A DNA stretch of 62,900 nucleotides, filler included, from Globobulimina sp. (lineage: Eukaryota): assembly GCA_003354225.1 (NCBI GenBank). It is 24 parts of 24 records of this genome, joined end to end, with 100 filler letters (N's around TTAATTAATTAA, not from the genome) between each part and the next. Parts side by side here need not be neighbours in the genome. Positions count along the whole stretch, not along the records: positions 47,265 to 49,787 come from PIVH01006180.1; positions 49,888 to 52,410 come from PIVH01006181.1; positions 52,511 to 55,033 come from PIVH01006182.1; positions 55,134 to 57,656 come from PIVH01006183.1; positions 57,757 to 60,278 come from PIVH01006184.1; 19 more parts are not named here. One strand, 5' to 3'. The notes beneath the pieces are model-generated. The model did not search any database. It was not told the origin of the DNA and saw only the letters and a program-made list of their open reading frames with translations. This document shows positions 47,354 through 58,360 of the stretch, piece by piece (the stretch's first letter is position 1; every line of letters starts with the position of its first letter). Position numbers and translations under genes: made by a program.

Positions 47354-49499
47354 ATGGATATTTGCTGTGTTAATGAAGTGAAAATAGATGAGACAGACAC
47401 TACATTCATCTCACACATTGAACAGAGTGGCTCCTTCACCAAATTGCATATCAAATCTCTAAATGTCAACAGTGACAATTCGCTGTTTGTTGTTGCAGAG
47501 CAAATCACGCCAATCAACTTTGAGAGAACTGATGATCGCATTATAACTATGATAGCATCGAATAGATACGATTGTATTTATTTAATTTCCTATTTTGGAA
47601 TGATATTTATTTTTGATATTAATACTGCCACACAAATATATTCAAAAAAAATATCAAAGAAATTGCTCTCAGCTTTGCCACATTTTGAAACCGGCGGTTT
47701 AATAACATTTGACTCAGAGGGCAATGTTGCAATCATTTCCTTCAAGAATGACACGTTAATAACATACATTATTCATACTCTGCACAATACAAAATTGGCT
47801 GCTTCCTGGGCTACAAAATATGATTTACCGGGGGCACGACCTATATTCCACGCGAGATTTGCCGCATTAATGGAGAAAGCAGATAGCTCTGAAAAGGCTG
47901 CTAAGTTAGCAGCAGATGCACCAAATGGCTGTCTCAGAACTCTTGAAACGATACAAAAATTGCAATCAGCTCCACAGATTTCCGGTAAACCTCCCGCTGA
48001 TTTGCTGTATTACACGTTTTTATTACGGAGAGGAGCATTGAACAAAACAGAATCAGTTTGTTTCTGTAAACGTATATTGCAATTTAAACCAAGTGGAGGA
48101 ATGGCAAAAATTGAGCAGTTTCTAAAAGAAGAAAAATTAGAGCACTCTGAGGTATTTTATATGCATTGTGATATTATTTACACTCGTTTTCAACCAAAAG
48201 GAATTGGATGATTTATTGGCTCGACACAATCCGAGAAGCTATTTCGCAGCAAAAGCAAATCCATCAAAACTGGTTCTATGCTTTATTCAATTGGGACAAT
48301 CATCAAAAATCGTACAATATTGCAAAACAAACAGCTATGCTCCAAAATGGGAGGATGTATTAAGTAATGTTTCGCGAATGAACCGGGCCGATACTGCTAG
48401 TTTTGCCAAACAATTGGTGCAAGAAAAGTATTTGTCCGCAACACAGGTTGTTGAGGTGTTATGTGCGCGAAACGATGTTATGAGCGCTACAGAATTTTTA
48501 TTGGATTATTTACAGCTTAGAGGTGATAGCGAAGATGATGGCGAATTGCAAACCAAATTGTTTGAGATTAACTTGCGTTGTGCACCGCAAGTCGCCGATG
48601 CTATTTTTGAATCCGATCTGTATATATTCACTCACTACGATACAAATCATATAGCACATTTATGTGAAAGTGCGCAATTATTTGACAGAGCGTTGCTGCA
48701 TTTCCATGATTTAAGTGATATTAAAAGAGTTTTGAAGAAATGTGTCAACATATTATCCCCAGATTTTGTGTTTACATATTTTGGAGGTTTAACAGCTGAG
48801 TATTCATTGTCATGTTTGAGTGATTTATTGGATGATGGGAATGTAGCGTTGGTTGTTGATGTTGCAAAGAGATATTCAAAGCAATTGACGTGTGACAAAT
48901 TGATTGATTTATTTGAGAAATGCGGAGCTTGGGAGGGGTTATATTCATATTTAGCGACTATGATTAATGGAAGCAAGGATAAGAAGCTAATATTCAAATA
49001 CATTGTTGCTGCAGCTCACATTGGGCAGTTTTCAAAAATTGAATTGATTTGTCGTGAAAACGATTATTATGATCCAGAACAGGTTAAAACATATTTATTA
49101 AAATCGGAGCTAATTACTTCATTGATTCATGTGTGTGACCGATATGGATTTTATACTGATTTGGCAAAATATTTATATGGTAGAAACTTACACAAATTTA
49201 TTGAGGTTTATTTAGATAAAATGAGGCCGACTGCAACGCCACTTTTTGTCGGCGTAATTTTAGATATGAATCCGTTGTATTTTATGATTGCTCACTGCTT
49301 AACATATAAATGGATGAGAGCTATTATTTATGATTATATTTTTGGAGATGAAACACCAAAACAACAGATTAGGAAAATAGTTGAGGTGGTGAATAGTGCA
49401 AGATATTGTGAGGAGGAATTAAAAAATGAATTCCATGCTAGAAATATGTCTGAATTTGTGGCATGGATCGGAAACGATGATATCGATGGTGAACAATAG
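47354..49499 (+). CDS. Divergent, truncated clathrin heavy chain-like protein; intron 48152-48200
   Basis: AAKLAADAPNGCLRTLETIQK, LQTKLFEINLRCAPQVADAI, THYDTNHIAHLCESA, FKYIVAAA..ICRENDYYDPEQVK and LIHVCDRYGF. Confidence 0.88.
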
Positions 49500-49592
49500 T
49501 TTGCTTAAACTCATTGAGATTTGAGGTTGAAAATCACAAATAGTACAACGATATAATACTTATTACAGATTATATAATTGAAACAACTGCAT

Positions 49593-49775
49593 TTATCGCA
49601 GATGTTTTAGGTTTCAGGTTTTTTATGTTTCGAGGTTTCAATGTTTGTAGGTCCGACAAAATCCGATTATGTTTCTTTCATTACTGCTGATCTGCAGTGA
49701 AAATATTAGTCGAACCTACAAACCTCTAAACATAAAAAACTCATATGAGCATGAAACCTAAAACCTCTGGGATAA
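49593..49775. repeat. Fold-back inverted repeat of about 180 bp (MITE-like)
   Basis: Paired blocks: GTTTTAGGTTTCA/TGAAACCTAAAAC, GTTTTTTATGTTT/AAACATAAAAAAC, GTTTGTAGGT(C)CGAC/GTCG(A)ACCTACAAAC. Confidence 0.85.
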
Positions 49776-50024
49776 GTAGAGGACTCCNNNNNNNNNNNNN
49801 NNNNNNNNNNNNNNNNNNNNNNNNNNNNNNNTTAATTAATTAANNNNNNNNNNNNNNNNNNNNNNNNNNNNNNNNNNNNNNNNNNNNTCACAGGATTGGT
49901 TCTGGTGAATACAAAGAAGTTAAAAGTTTTTTTTCTGTACTTTGGCTTGTTATTATCGATGGTTTATTCAAGAAATTCGGACATCTCGCGGGGGTTCAGA
50001 ATGGGGGCTGCATAGCTCCCCTCG

Positions 50025-50270
50025 AACCATATTGTTATACCAATTGGATTAACCCCTAACCTATAATATAACCATATTTATATACCAAATGGATTACCCC
50101 CTAACCTATAATATAACCATATTGATATACCAAATGGATTAACCCCTAACCTATAATATAACCATATTGATATACCAAATGGATTAACCCCTAACCCATA
50201 ATATATTCATATTTATATTACAAATGGGTTAACCCCTAACCCATAACATATCCATATTTATATTACAAAT
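50025..50270. repeat. 45-bp tandem array (about 5.5 copies) with telomere-like core TAACCCCTAACC
   Basis: Units start at 50025, 50070, 50115, 50160, 50205 and 50250. Consensus AACCATATTGATATACCAAATGGATTAACCCCTAACCTATAATAT. Confidence 0.95.
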
Positions 50271-50282
50271 CATCTCAATCCA

Positions 50283-52280
50283 TCATCTCAATGACTTCTT
50301 TTTCTTTCGTGTTTTTTCTTATTGGTTTTTTTGATGATGTGCTGGCTGAATTAACAAACAATTTGATACATCCTCTACTGACATCTGATCCTACCATTCT
50401 TTCACTGTCTTTTGCTAACGGTAGTTTATACATGTACACTATGAAAATACTTCAAAAAAAAAAAATACAAAACTGATTGTTATGCATCTTTTATTTTTTG
50501 GATTGGTCTCTTTTATCCTTCCTGATGCAATCAATTCAGAAAACCTCGGATTTCTCTTCAACTCCCTCATAAACCACGAAATCTTTTTATCCACTTTCTC
50601 ATTATTTAATAAATCATTTTCCAAAGCAATTATACTTGGAACTGAAGATTGCAAAAACATATTTACAAGATATAAATCTCTGCTTGAAAATACGGAGGTC
50701 TTTGGTGCATCAAACTGCAAATATGTGAATAAATTTGCTGCACTATATGCCGTGTCTGCCTCTTTTGATTCTTCATACTCATAATGGAAGATTCTCGGCA
50801 ATGAACGGAAATAGTCGCATATTTTCAGTTTATCTTTAATACTCCTCCGAAAATTCGTAGTTTGGACACGGAGCATCTCGGGTACTTTATCCCAGGCTAA
50901 TGTTCCTGGACGAACAAACGCGATAACCGCCCAGGCTGCATATAATGTTATTGTATATTGTTGAGCTTGCTCAGTTTTCAACATTTTCACCACATTTTCA
51001 TCTGGAGTGAAACATACAAACTTCTCCGTCACCACGTCAGCGGGCGTATTATAAGTAATGGCAGATGTATTTGCAATAATTCTGGCACCAACAGATGATG
51101 TATAATCAGAATATTTATTAGCATTTTGATTCACAATATAAGTCGCCTTATTTGGAGTGTCGAACGCTGTCGGTCCAAACAGTGTTTCTAATGTACCATC
51201 AGGCTGTATATGTTTCTTTAATTTACTACCATTTGTAATTTGATTCCTCTCCCTGCCAGATGCTTCATCCACATGAAAACCAGTTGAAAATCTGTGTTTA
51301 TGATTTTGTTTCTTTCCTGCTCTTAAATAATCCTCTCCACCGGTCCCTTGCCATGTCCTTGAAGATAAAACATTAACCCTGTGTGTATCGATGAAATACG
51401 TCAAATAGGAAAAAAGTACTTCAAATAGAAAAAACTATATACTTTGGACGCAATGCTTTTCTCTCATGAATGCATGCTGAGCTTTTCGCACTCCATCCAT
51501 CATCCACATTGCATAATCATCCACCTGTTTGGCACCAAAGTGCTGATTTGTGTTGATCTAAAGGTTAATAACCATTCCAAAACATCCATATTTTGTGATG
51601 CTAAATTAAAAAATACTTTATTTACGGCTTCTTCTGGTAACAATTTTTCAAATGCAATGAATTTATTTTCTATTTGACCAACCATTAAATCTTCCGGTCT
51701 TCCATACCCAATGATTGGTTTCGATTGCACAGCATAAAAACAAAAATTGCTCGCAGGAAATATAAAATCATGACCATTTAAATCCTCAACACGAACGGAT
51801 TCTGTGTTCATCGCGATAAATCTCCCAATATTTTCTAAGTCAACCCCTGAAAATGAAAATGCTTTGACTGCGACACATTGTGCATTTAATATTCTTTGCA
51901 ATATTTTTTTAGCTTTCTCACTGTAATCATTCGATACAGGTCTACCCTGATCATCTTTTTCTCGATTTTTTAAATTTCGGAATAATTCAATGTATTCGCC
52001 ACGTGCATATTGATATCCTATGCATGTTTTGCAAGTTAATTTGACACGTTACTTCAAATTAAAAAAATGACATACCTTGACTTAAATGATATATAAATTC
52101 AGTATAAGGAGTAGGATGTTCTGAGCCCTTTTCGCCACAATACCAATGAAAAGCATTCCCAGCCCATACCAAGATCGATAAATTCTCTGATTTTATCGTC
52201 CTGATTTTTTCTTTACAAACTAATATCGCTAAATAAACAGCAGCTTGTCTCGCATGCAATGTTTTTAATTTGTTAAACAT
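50283..52280 (-). CDS. Spliced D5-like (poxvirus D5/phage P4-type) superfamily 3 helicase gene; introns 52075-52018, 51442-51379, 50473-50415; +1 frame break at about 51502; 5' end uncertain
   Basis: D5_N-like EDLNGHDFIFPASN..GRPEDL, Walker A G-DGWSAKS, Walker B FHVDE, KLKKHI, motif C YIVNQN, Arg finger GARII, PDENVVKML, and winged-helix-like FSSRDLY, all in the expected order. Confidence 0.65.
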
Positions 52281-52510
52281 CAAATCCAAATATGGGAATG
52301 GTTCTCAAATAAAAAGGTTCGATGGTTAGGATCAAACACATGCGGTGAATCGTTCGAAATGTGGCAGGTATTCGAATATATCAACGATGTACGAACAGGA
52401 AACAATACAANNNNNNNNNNNNNNNNNNNNNNNNNNNNNNNNNNNNNNNNNNNNTTAATTAATTAANNNNNNNNNNNNNNNNNNNNNNNNNNNNNNNNNN
52501 NNNNNNNNNN

Positions 52511-55033
52511 TCGGCGTGATCTTGTTTGCATTCTTTAAAATTGTGTATATTCCATAAAAATTCATCATAATCTTTTTTATCCCATTGTTGTTTGAGTTGG
52601 ACCCAACTTTCAATTTGATGTAAATACAAATGTAACTGATTATTATTTGTATTAATATTATTATTCGCACCCACTGGCACTGTGTATGGATAATAGCCGC
52701 CAATTAATAATAAAGGAAATGGTATTAACGGATCAAATGAAACGCCTAAATGTCCGGGATCGATAAACGAGGAAGCAATGGTTGTATGGAATTTGACCAT
52801 TACACAACTTAAATCCTCCAACCATCGCAATTTTTGCATATGATTTACTAATACCTGTGCTTGCACACTTAATTTAAAGCCATATTCTGTTTGAAGTGCA
52901 TCCTCAGCTTCATTATTGATATCATTATTATTATTCGGGGAGTGGGTGGTAAAATGTATTAAGACACAATCGCCAGGCACTGTTATTTTATTTGGCCATT
53001 TGTTTGATGCTCCATAAATGGGCGAGGTTACAGACACAAAGCCATTACAGGTTTTTGTAAAAAACTGAAGAAAATCTTTTTCTGAACAGGTACAACATAA
53101 AGTTTTATCAAAGGTAATAACAAGTTCTTTGGCGCCGGGAATCGTTACTAATTTTTTAATTGTTTTCCCCAATGGGTATGGATGTGGCGATTCTCTTAAT
53201 TCATGAACAGTTTTATATTGTTTCCGTAGTTTGTTTTTACAATAATTATTACTTTTTGTTAATATAACATCAGTTAATTTTAATAAGTCTGAAATATGCG
53301 GCGTCAATAAATTATTAAATAGCTTGTTTCGCATTAAATGTTTAAATAATTTCTGTTGTTGTGTGTCTTTGGCAGTGCTCTCAATCAAAGCTAATAAATT
53401 TGTCAATAACGGAATTGTTATTTTTCCGAAAAATGATTTGTGTAATACATCACAATTATTTTCAAACAAAAACGATAATTCATTCGACTCATTTAAATCT
53501 TGGTTAATATTATTAATGTCTTCGAGTATTTGTTTTGATATAGAAATGACATGCTTTGCATATTGAAATAAATATTTATCGATATTTTTTTGTTGGGTTG
53601 TTTCAAGACTGCCAATATTAATATCTTCAGACATTTTATACCATACTTCTTGTAAAGAAATGGGGATATTCTCCGAAAATTGCTGCATTGCTTCCGTTTT
53701 ATCTCCATATTCAAATTTTGATTGATAACGGAATAATAGCATGGATTGCAAATCTAATAATAACTGAGCCATCCTCTCATTAGGAGAGCTATCTAAATTA
53801 TTTATATCAATCCAACAATTTGAGGCTAACATTTCTAAGGTACCAAAAAATAATTGATAACATTTCATTGATTGCTTATCCTCATCATCTTGTTTTTTCT
53901 CATCGATAGCGCCATTTGATTCATTTGAAGACAACAAAGAGTCAATAAATTGCGAGGGTGAACCAACGGAACCAAATTGATTCAGCATAACTGGCAAAGT
54001 ATGATTAATTTCAATATGTGTAATATTCGATAAATTGTCAACCAAATCATCCGTAAACTGAGCTAAAAACATTTTTAATTTCGTATTATCAGTGGTCTGC
54101 TGCTCAATTTCTTGCTGTCTTATTAATAATGCTAATAAGTATATTAATTTCGTATTAATTGTATTAAAAAATATTTTTTGTCCTTTCACCAATGCGTTTG
54201 CTGCAGCTTTTGTTAATGGGTTTGGTAAATTTGGTATTGAGCGCATTATTGTTAATAAAATGCATTTTAATTCTTTGATGCGATTGCTTGGTATACAAAA
54301 ATTATCGATGGTAATGCGTAATTTGTCAATTGCAGAAACTTGAACAGTTAGTAATTGCAATGAATGATACAATATGCGACACATTATATTATTTTTATTG
54401 GTTTGCAACTCATTTGATGCTAAGAATAATATTTCATTCAATATTCCCAACACTTTAAATGAACAATCAATGTGAAGAGGGGCACTCAGTGCATCTTTAT
54501 TTAATTTATTATTATTTTCCTTCTTTATTGCAATTAATTGCAACTCTGATAATAAGATAACACATAATTGTAAGCCACTCAGTGCATTCTCAGAATCATT
54601 AAATTGTATGTATTTATTCACCGATGAGGAGGGATGGAATTCGTCAGTGTCGTTGGCTTGTTTTTCATTATTACTATGCAATGAATGTAATTTGTTTAAT
54701 ATCTTGGACACATTATAGATTTTATTATGATTTTCTTTTTGGGATAACAGCATTTTTACAATGGACAACATATCAAATAAACTGCCTCTTGCAATGGCAA
54801 CAGCAATCATTACACGTACACATTGATTTGGTTGTTTATTGTCGACGGCAATCGACTTCATAAAATCCATCAAATCATCATATGGATCATCATCTGCGTC
54901 GCCATTATTATTATCATTTGTATTGTCCTCTAAAATAATAGCTAAGATATTTAATATTTGCGGTACAACGGATGGGTCATTTTTCGCTGTAGATTTGACC
55001 AAAACTTTTAATATTTCCATAATCCATCTATTC
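52511..55033 (-). CDS. Internal fragment of a giant protein resembling HECTD4/HERC-type E3 ligases (CUB-like domain)
   Basis: AVAIARGSLFDML; ESPHPY..VTIPGAKELVITFD..DFLQFF..WPNKITVPGD..EYGFKLSV; open across the whole contig. Confidence 0.6.
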
Positions 55034-55172
55034 NNNNNNNNNNNNNNNNNNNNNNNNNNNNNNNNNNNNNNNNNNNNTTAATTAATTAANNNNNNNNNNN
55101 NNNNNNNNNNNNNNNNNNNNNNNNNNNNNNNNNAATCAAAATAACATAAATGTAGATATGTGAATAAATATT

Positions 55173-57256
55173 TTAACATTGTTGTGGCTCAAAACATTGA
55201 CATTTGCCATCTACAATTTTGGCTTGAAAGGGTACTGCCGGCAATCGTGATTTTGATGTAATAATTGGACACATATTCATTGGGCACGGATGCTGCTTTC
55301 TGTCCAAATCACCACAACACGGATAATCGGACCACGCATAACTTATTCCATCAATTGAAGTGACATCATTTTCAAGCATAGAGGAAATATTTATATTTAC
55401 TGTGTATCCATTACTATCCATAGAAAACACATTCATTCCAATCAAATCCCTCCAAATACTTTGATTTATGAAAAGTTTTATTGTTGACCAATATTTAACT
55501 GTTTGTGCTAAAGACTCATTGTACCATAAATTAAAGGGTTGAACAATAACCTTTTCATCAAATAACATATTTTCGTTAAAATTGATTGTTATTATTTTAT
55601 CATTTCTATCCAAATCACATCCTTTCAATAGAGGCCCCTTCCATATTTGGTTATTATTATAAATAAACTTATTGATATTCATTGCCATTCTTTGACCGAC
55701 ATATAATTTTGGCCGGGCATGAATTGGCCCACCAAACCATTTGGTTGTATTCAAATCATATGCATGATATTTCATACTATGCCCTGGATCACCTTCACGT
55801 ACATCATTGCATGCAAACAATCGCATACTCAAAAGCATGAGGTCCGGTGTTTGGAAATCATACATTTCCCAAATAACAACACAGGATCAATGCTTCTGAG
55901 TGTTTGATTGTTTGCAAATATGAATATACAAACCAATGTCATACGCTTGCGCCATAAATACATTAATCATTTGTTTATTTGGTAAAATGCCATAATTTCC
56001 AGACTGTGCATGTCGAAAATACGGCATTGCTTTTTGATGTCCTTCAGATGTTCCACCCGCTAACTCCACAATGCCAAATGGCAAATATTGTTCATTCCAA
56101 ACACTGCGATATTTATCAATCATTAATTTTTCTAAACACGAATAGGGCGAAACGGCAGAATAATTTCTCATTTGTTGTCTCACATTATTTTCGCCCTGAT
56201 ACCATATGATACCTTTTATTGTCATATTAATGAATGGTAATACCATGCCATTGTACAATGTGCCGCATTCTTCGCCTGGACAATCATTGTTTGTTTCACC
56301 ACAAATTGATGTCTCAATGGTTTTGTTCATTATCCAGCTCTAACAAAAGCAAATTTATTTTGCAAATTATTGCTAAGTTTTGTTAGTTTGGAAACGGTTT
56401 GCAAAAGTTGCCTAACTTCGATTTGCGAGCCACCGACAGCAGAAACAATGAGACCAAAATTAATATGGCTCATTTTATACATATCCACCAATGATTGTGC
56501 TGTATACCAACACGTTGCAGAAAACCTTGAAACTCGTTCTATATTTGAACTGAAATGCCATTCATATTTATGATTATTTCTACCATTTTCGGCAGGTATT
56601 ACAAACGGTAATATATTATCATGTGTTGCCATTTTGCGTTTATTATAGAATCTAATATTTGAATATTTGCCCAATTCAGTAATATTCGCATAGGTATATC
56701 TGGCATTGAATGTAAATTCAACTTCTAACGCCATATTTGATTGACCCAAACATAAATATACATCACCAAATGTTATATTGTGTATTGTTGAATGTCGTGG
56801 ATCTGAAATGCATTGCTTACAATAAATAGTCAATGTATAATTACCACCATTCGCATAGGTTTCAGCTAATACTATTTTCCAATCACCATTCTCCATTGAG
56901 ATTGTTGAATAATTGTGGGTGGAATCTGTGTTTACATCTTTTATAAGTAATATTATCCATGCATTTGGTGTGTCTGATGTTCCATACAAAGCAGCATATT
57001 CTGGTTCCCTTTGTAATACGCTGTTATTTGTGAAAACTCCACTAAACATTACACCGCTTTTACTCTCTGCCCAATTGCCCATTACTTCATCTCCAATGGA
57101 ACGTAACGCGACTACATTGGCTAAACCACTCTCTGTGTCATTTGCAAAGAATTTATTTGCATATTCGCCTACATAGTTACCATTAGTTATGTAGACCAGA
57201 TACACAACAATGCTAAAAATCACACAAAAGTTTCGATTAATTGACGCCATTGCCAT
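55173..57256 (-). CDS. SIAE: Sialate O-acetylesterase (SGNH) family protein; introns 56416-56340 and 55933-55793
   Basis: VLQR, FGDVYLCLGQSNM, FSATCWY, VGGSQIE|SW, LYNGMVLP, WYQGENN, DIG|DP and IHARPKLYVGQRMA. Confidence 0.9.
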
Positions 57257-57756
57257 ATGATATGAAAACGTCAAACTAAAATTTGAGTTCAATTAACAAG
57301 ATGACTGAAGAGGTTTTTGGATTTGATGACCGCGCTAGTATTAAGTGAACAAAATTTTTACAATTAATCAATTAAAATTGCAATATTACAGATGGACGAA
57401 ACAATTATGATAATGATAATTTATTGTCAGACAAATTTGAAAAAATAGAATTTGCGCCAGTATCACTGCATAATGTCTCATTATCCATTGGAATTGAAGC
57501 ATTATAATCCGTACCAAAATTAAAATGAAAAGATTCATTTTCATCAAAATCGCCAAATGCTCTTTCTTCCGCGTTATATGCACTTGAACTCGTCCTGTTA
57601 TCCGTTGGTGTATCTCCTGACTGTGCCATAAATTTATATAAATGATCATTGGTTTGNNNNNNNNNNNNNNNNNNNNNNNNNNNNNNNNNNNNNNNNNNNN
57701 TTAATTAATTAANNNNNNNNNNNNNNNNNNNNNNNNNNNNNNNNNNNNNNNNNNNN

Positions 57757-58271
57757 GTAGAATGGTTCGAAAGAATTGTGATAATGGAGCCACCATCTTC
57801 CAGCAGTGCAAGGATATGATATTCTGAAACCAAATCCTTTTTAACCAATCTACAGGGAAAGGAAAGTAATGTATATTGTATTTGTGAATTGCGATTTTGC
57901 ATTATTAAAATACATACGTTTGTAGCACAGAAATCATTTCCATTATACTCATTGACGTCGACACAGAAATCCTTTCTTTGTGCAGATTCCTTTTCTTTAT
58001 GATATAAATCCTTCAATGATAAGTAATCATTGTTATAGCGAGCAATCACATTATTCCATGAATCGCGTGTATTACCATCCAAAGCTTTTATTTCTTGTTT
58101 CATTTCTTTTAATGATGTGCTGCATTGCTGAAGGTATATTTTTATCTGATCGATAATCTCTTGTATTTCACCTTGTGGTGATGTTTTTAATTGACTTATT
58201 TGTCGAGATATATTGGCTGATAATTCGTGGTATTCTTTATCAAGTTCTGTTAAATACGAACTGTCATCCAT
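57757..58271 (-). CDS. Vti1-like Qb-SNARE, N-terminal Habc region; downstream splicing unresolved
   Basis: Three-helix bundle pattern (EYHELSANI..LKEMKQEIKAL..WNNVIARYNNDY..RKDF). Confidence 0.6.
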
Positions 58272-58360
58272 GTCAAGTAAAAATGGTCATGCAAGACACA
58301 AACCAACAAAAAGGAGTTTTCACTGTTTTACATCTAACATGGGAAGTAGCATTTTTTTTA

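Noticed and set aside
50025-50270. Possible CRISPR array or true telomere
   Set aside because: Whole 45-bp units repeat with no unique spacers and no cas genes. It is not a pure short-repeat tract and is internal to the contig.
36579-51502. In-frame TGA codons suggesting UGA reassignment or selenocysteine
   Set aside because: Intact conserved genes end in TGA (for example glycerol kinase) and use TGG for Trp. The sedolisin fragment has other lesions and the helicase case needs a frame change, not readthrough.
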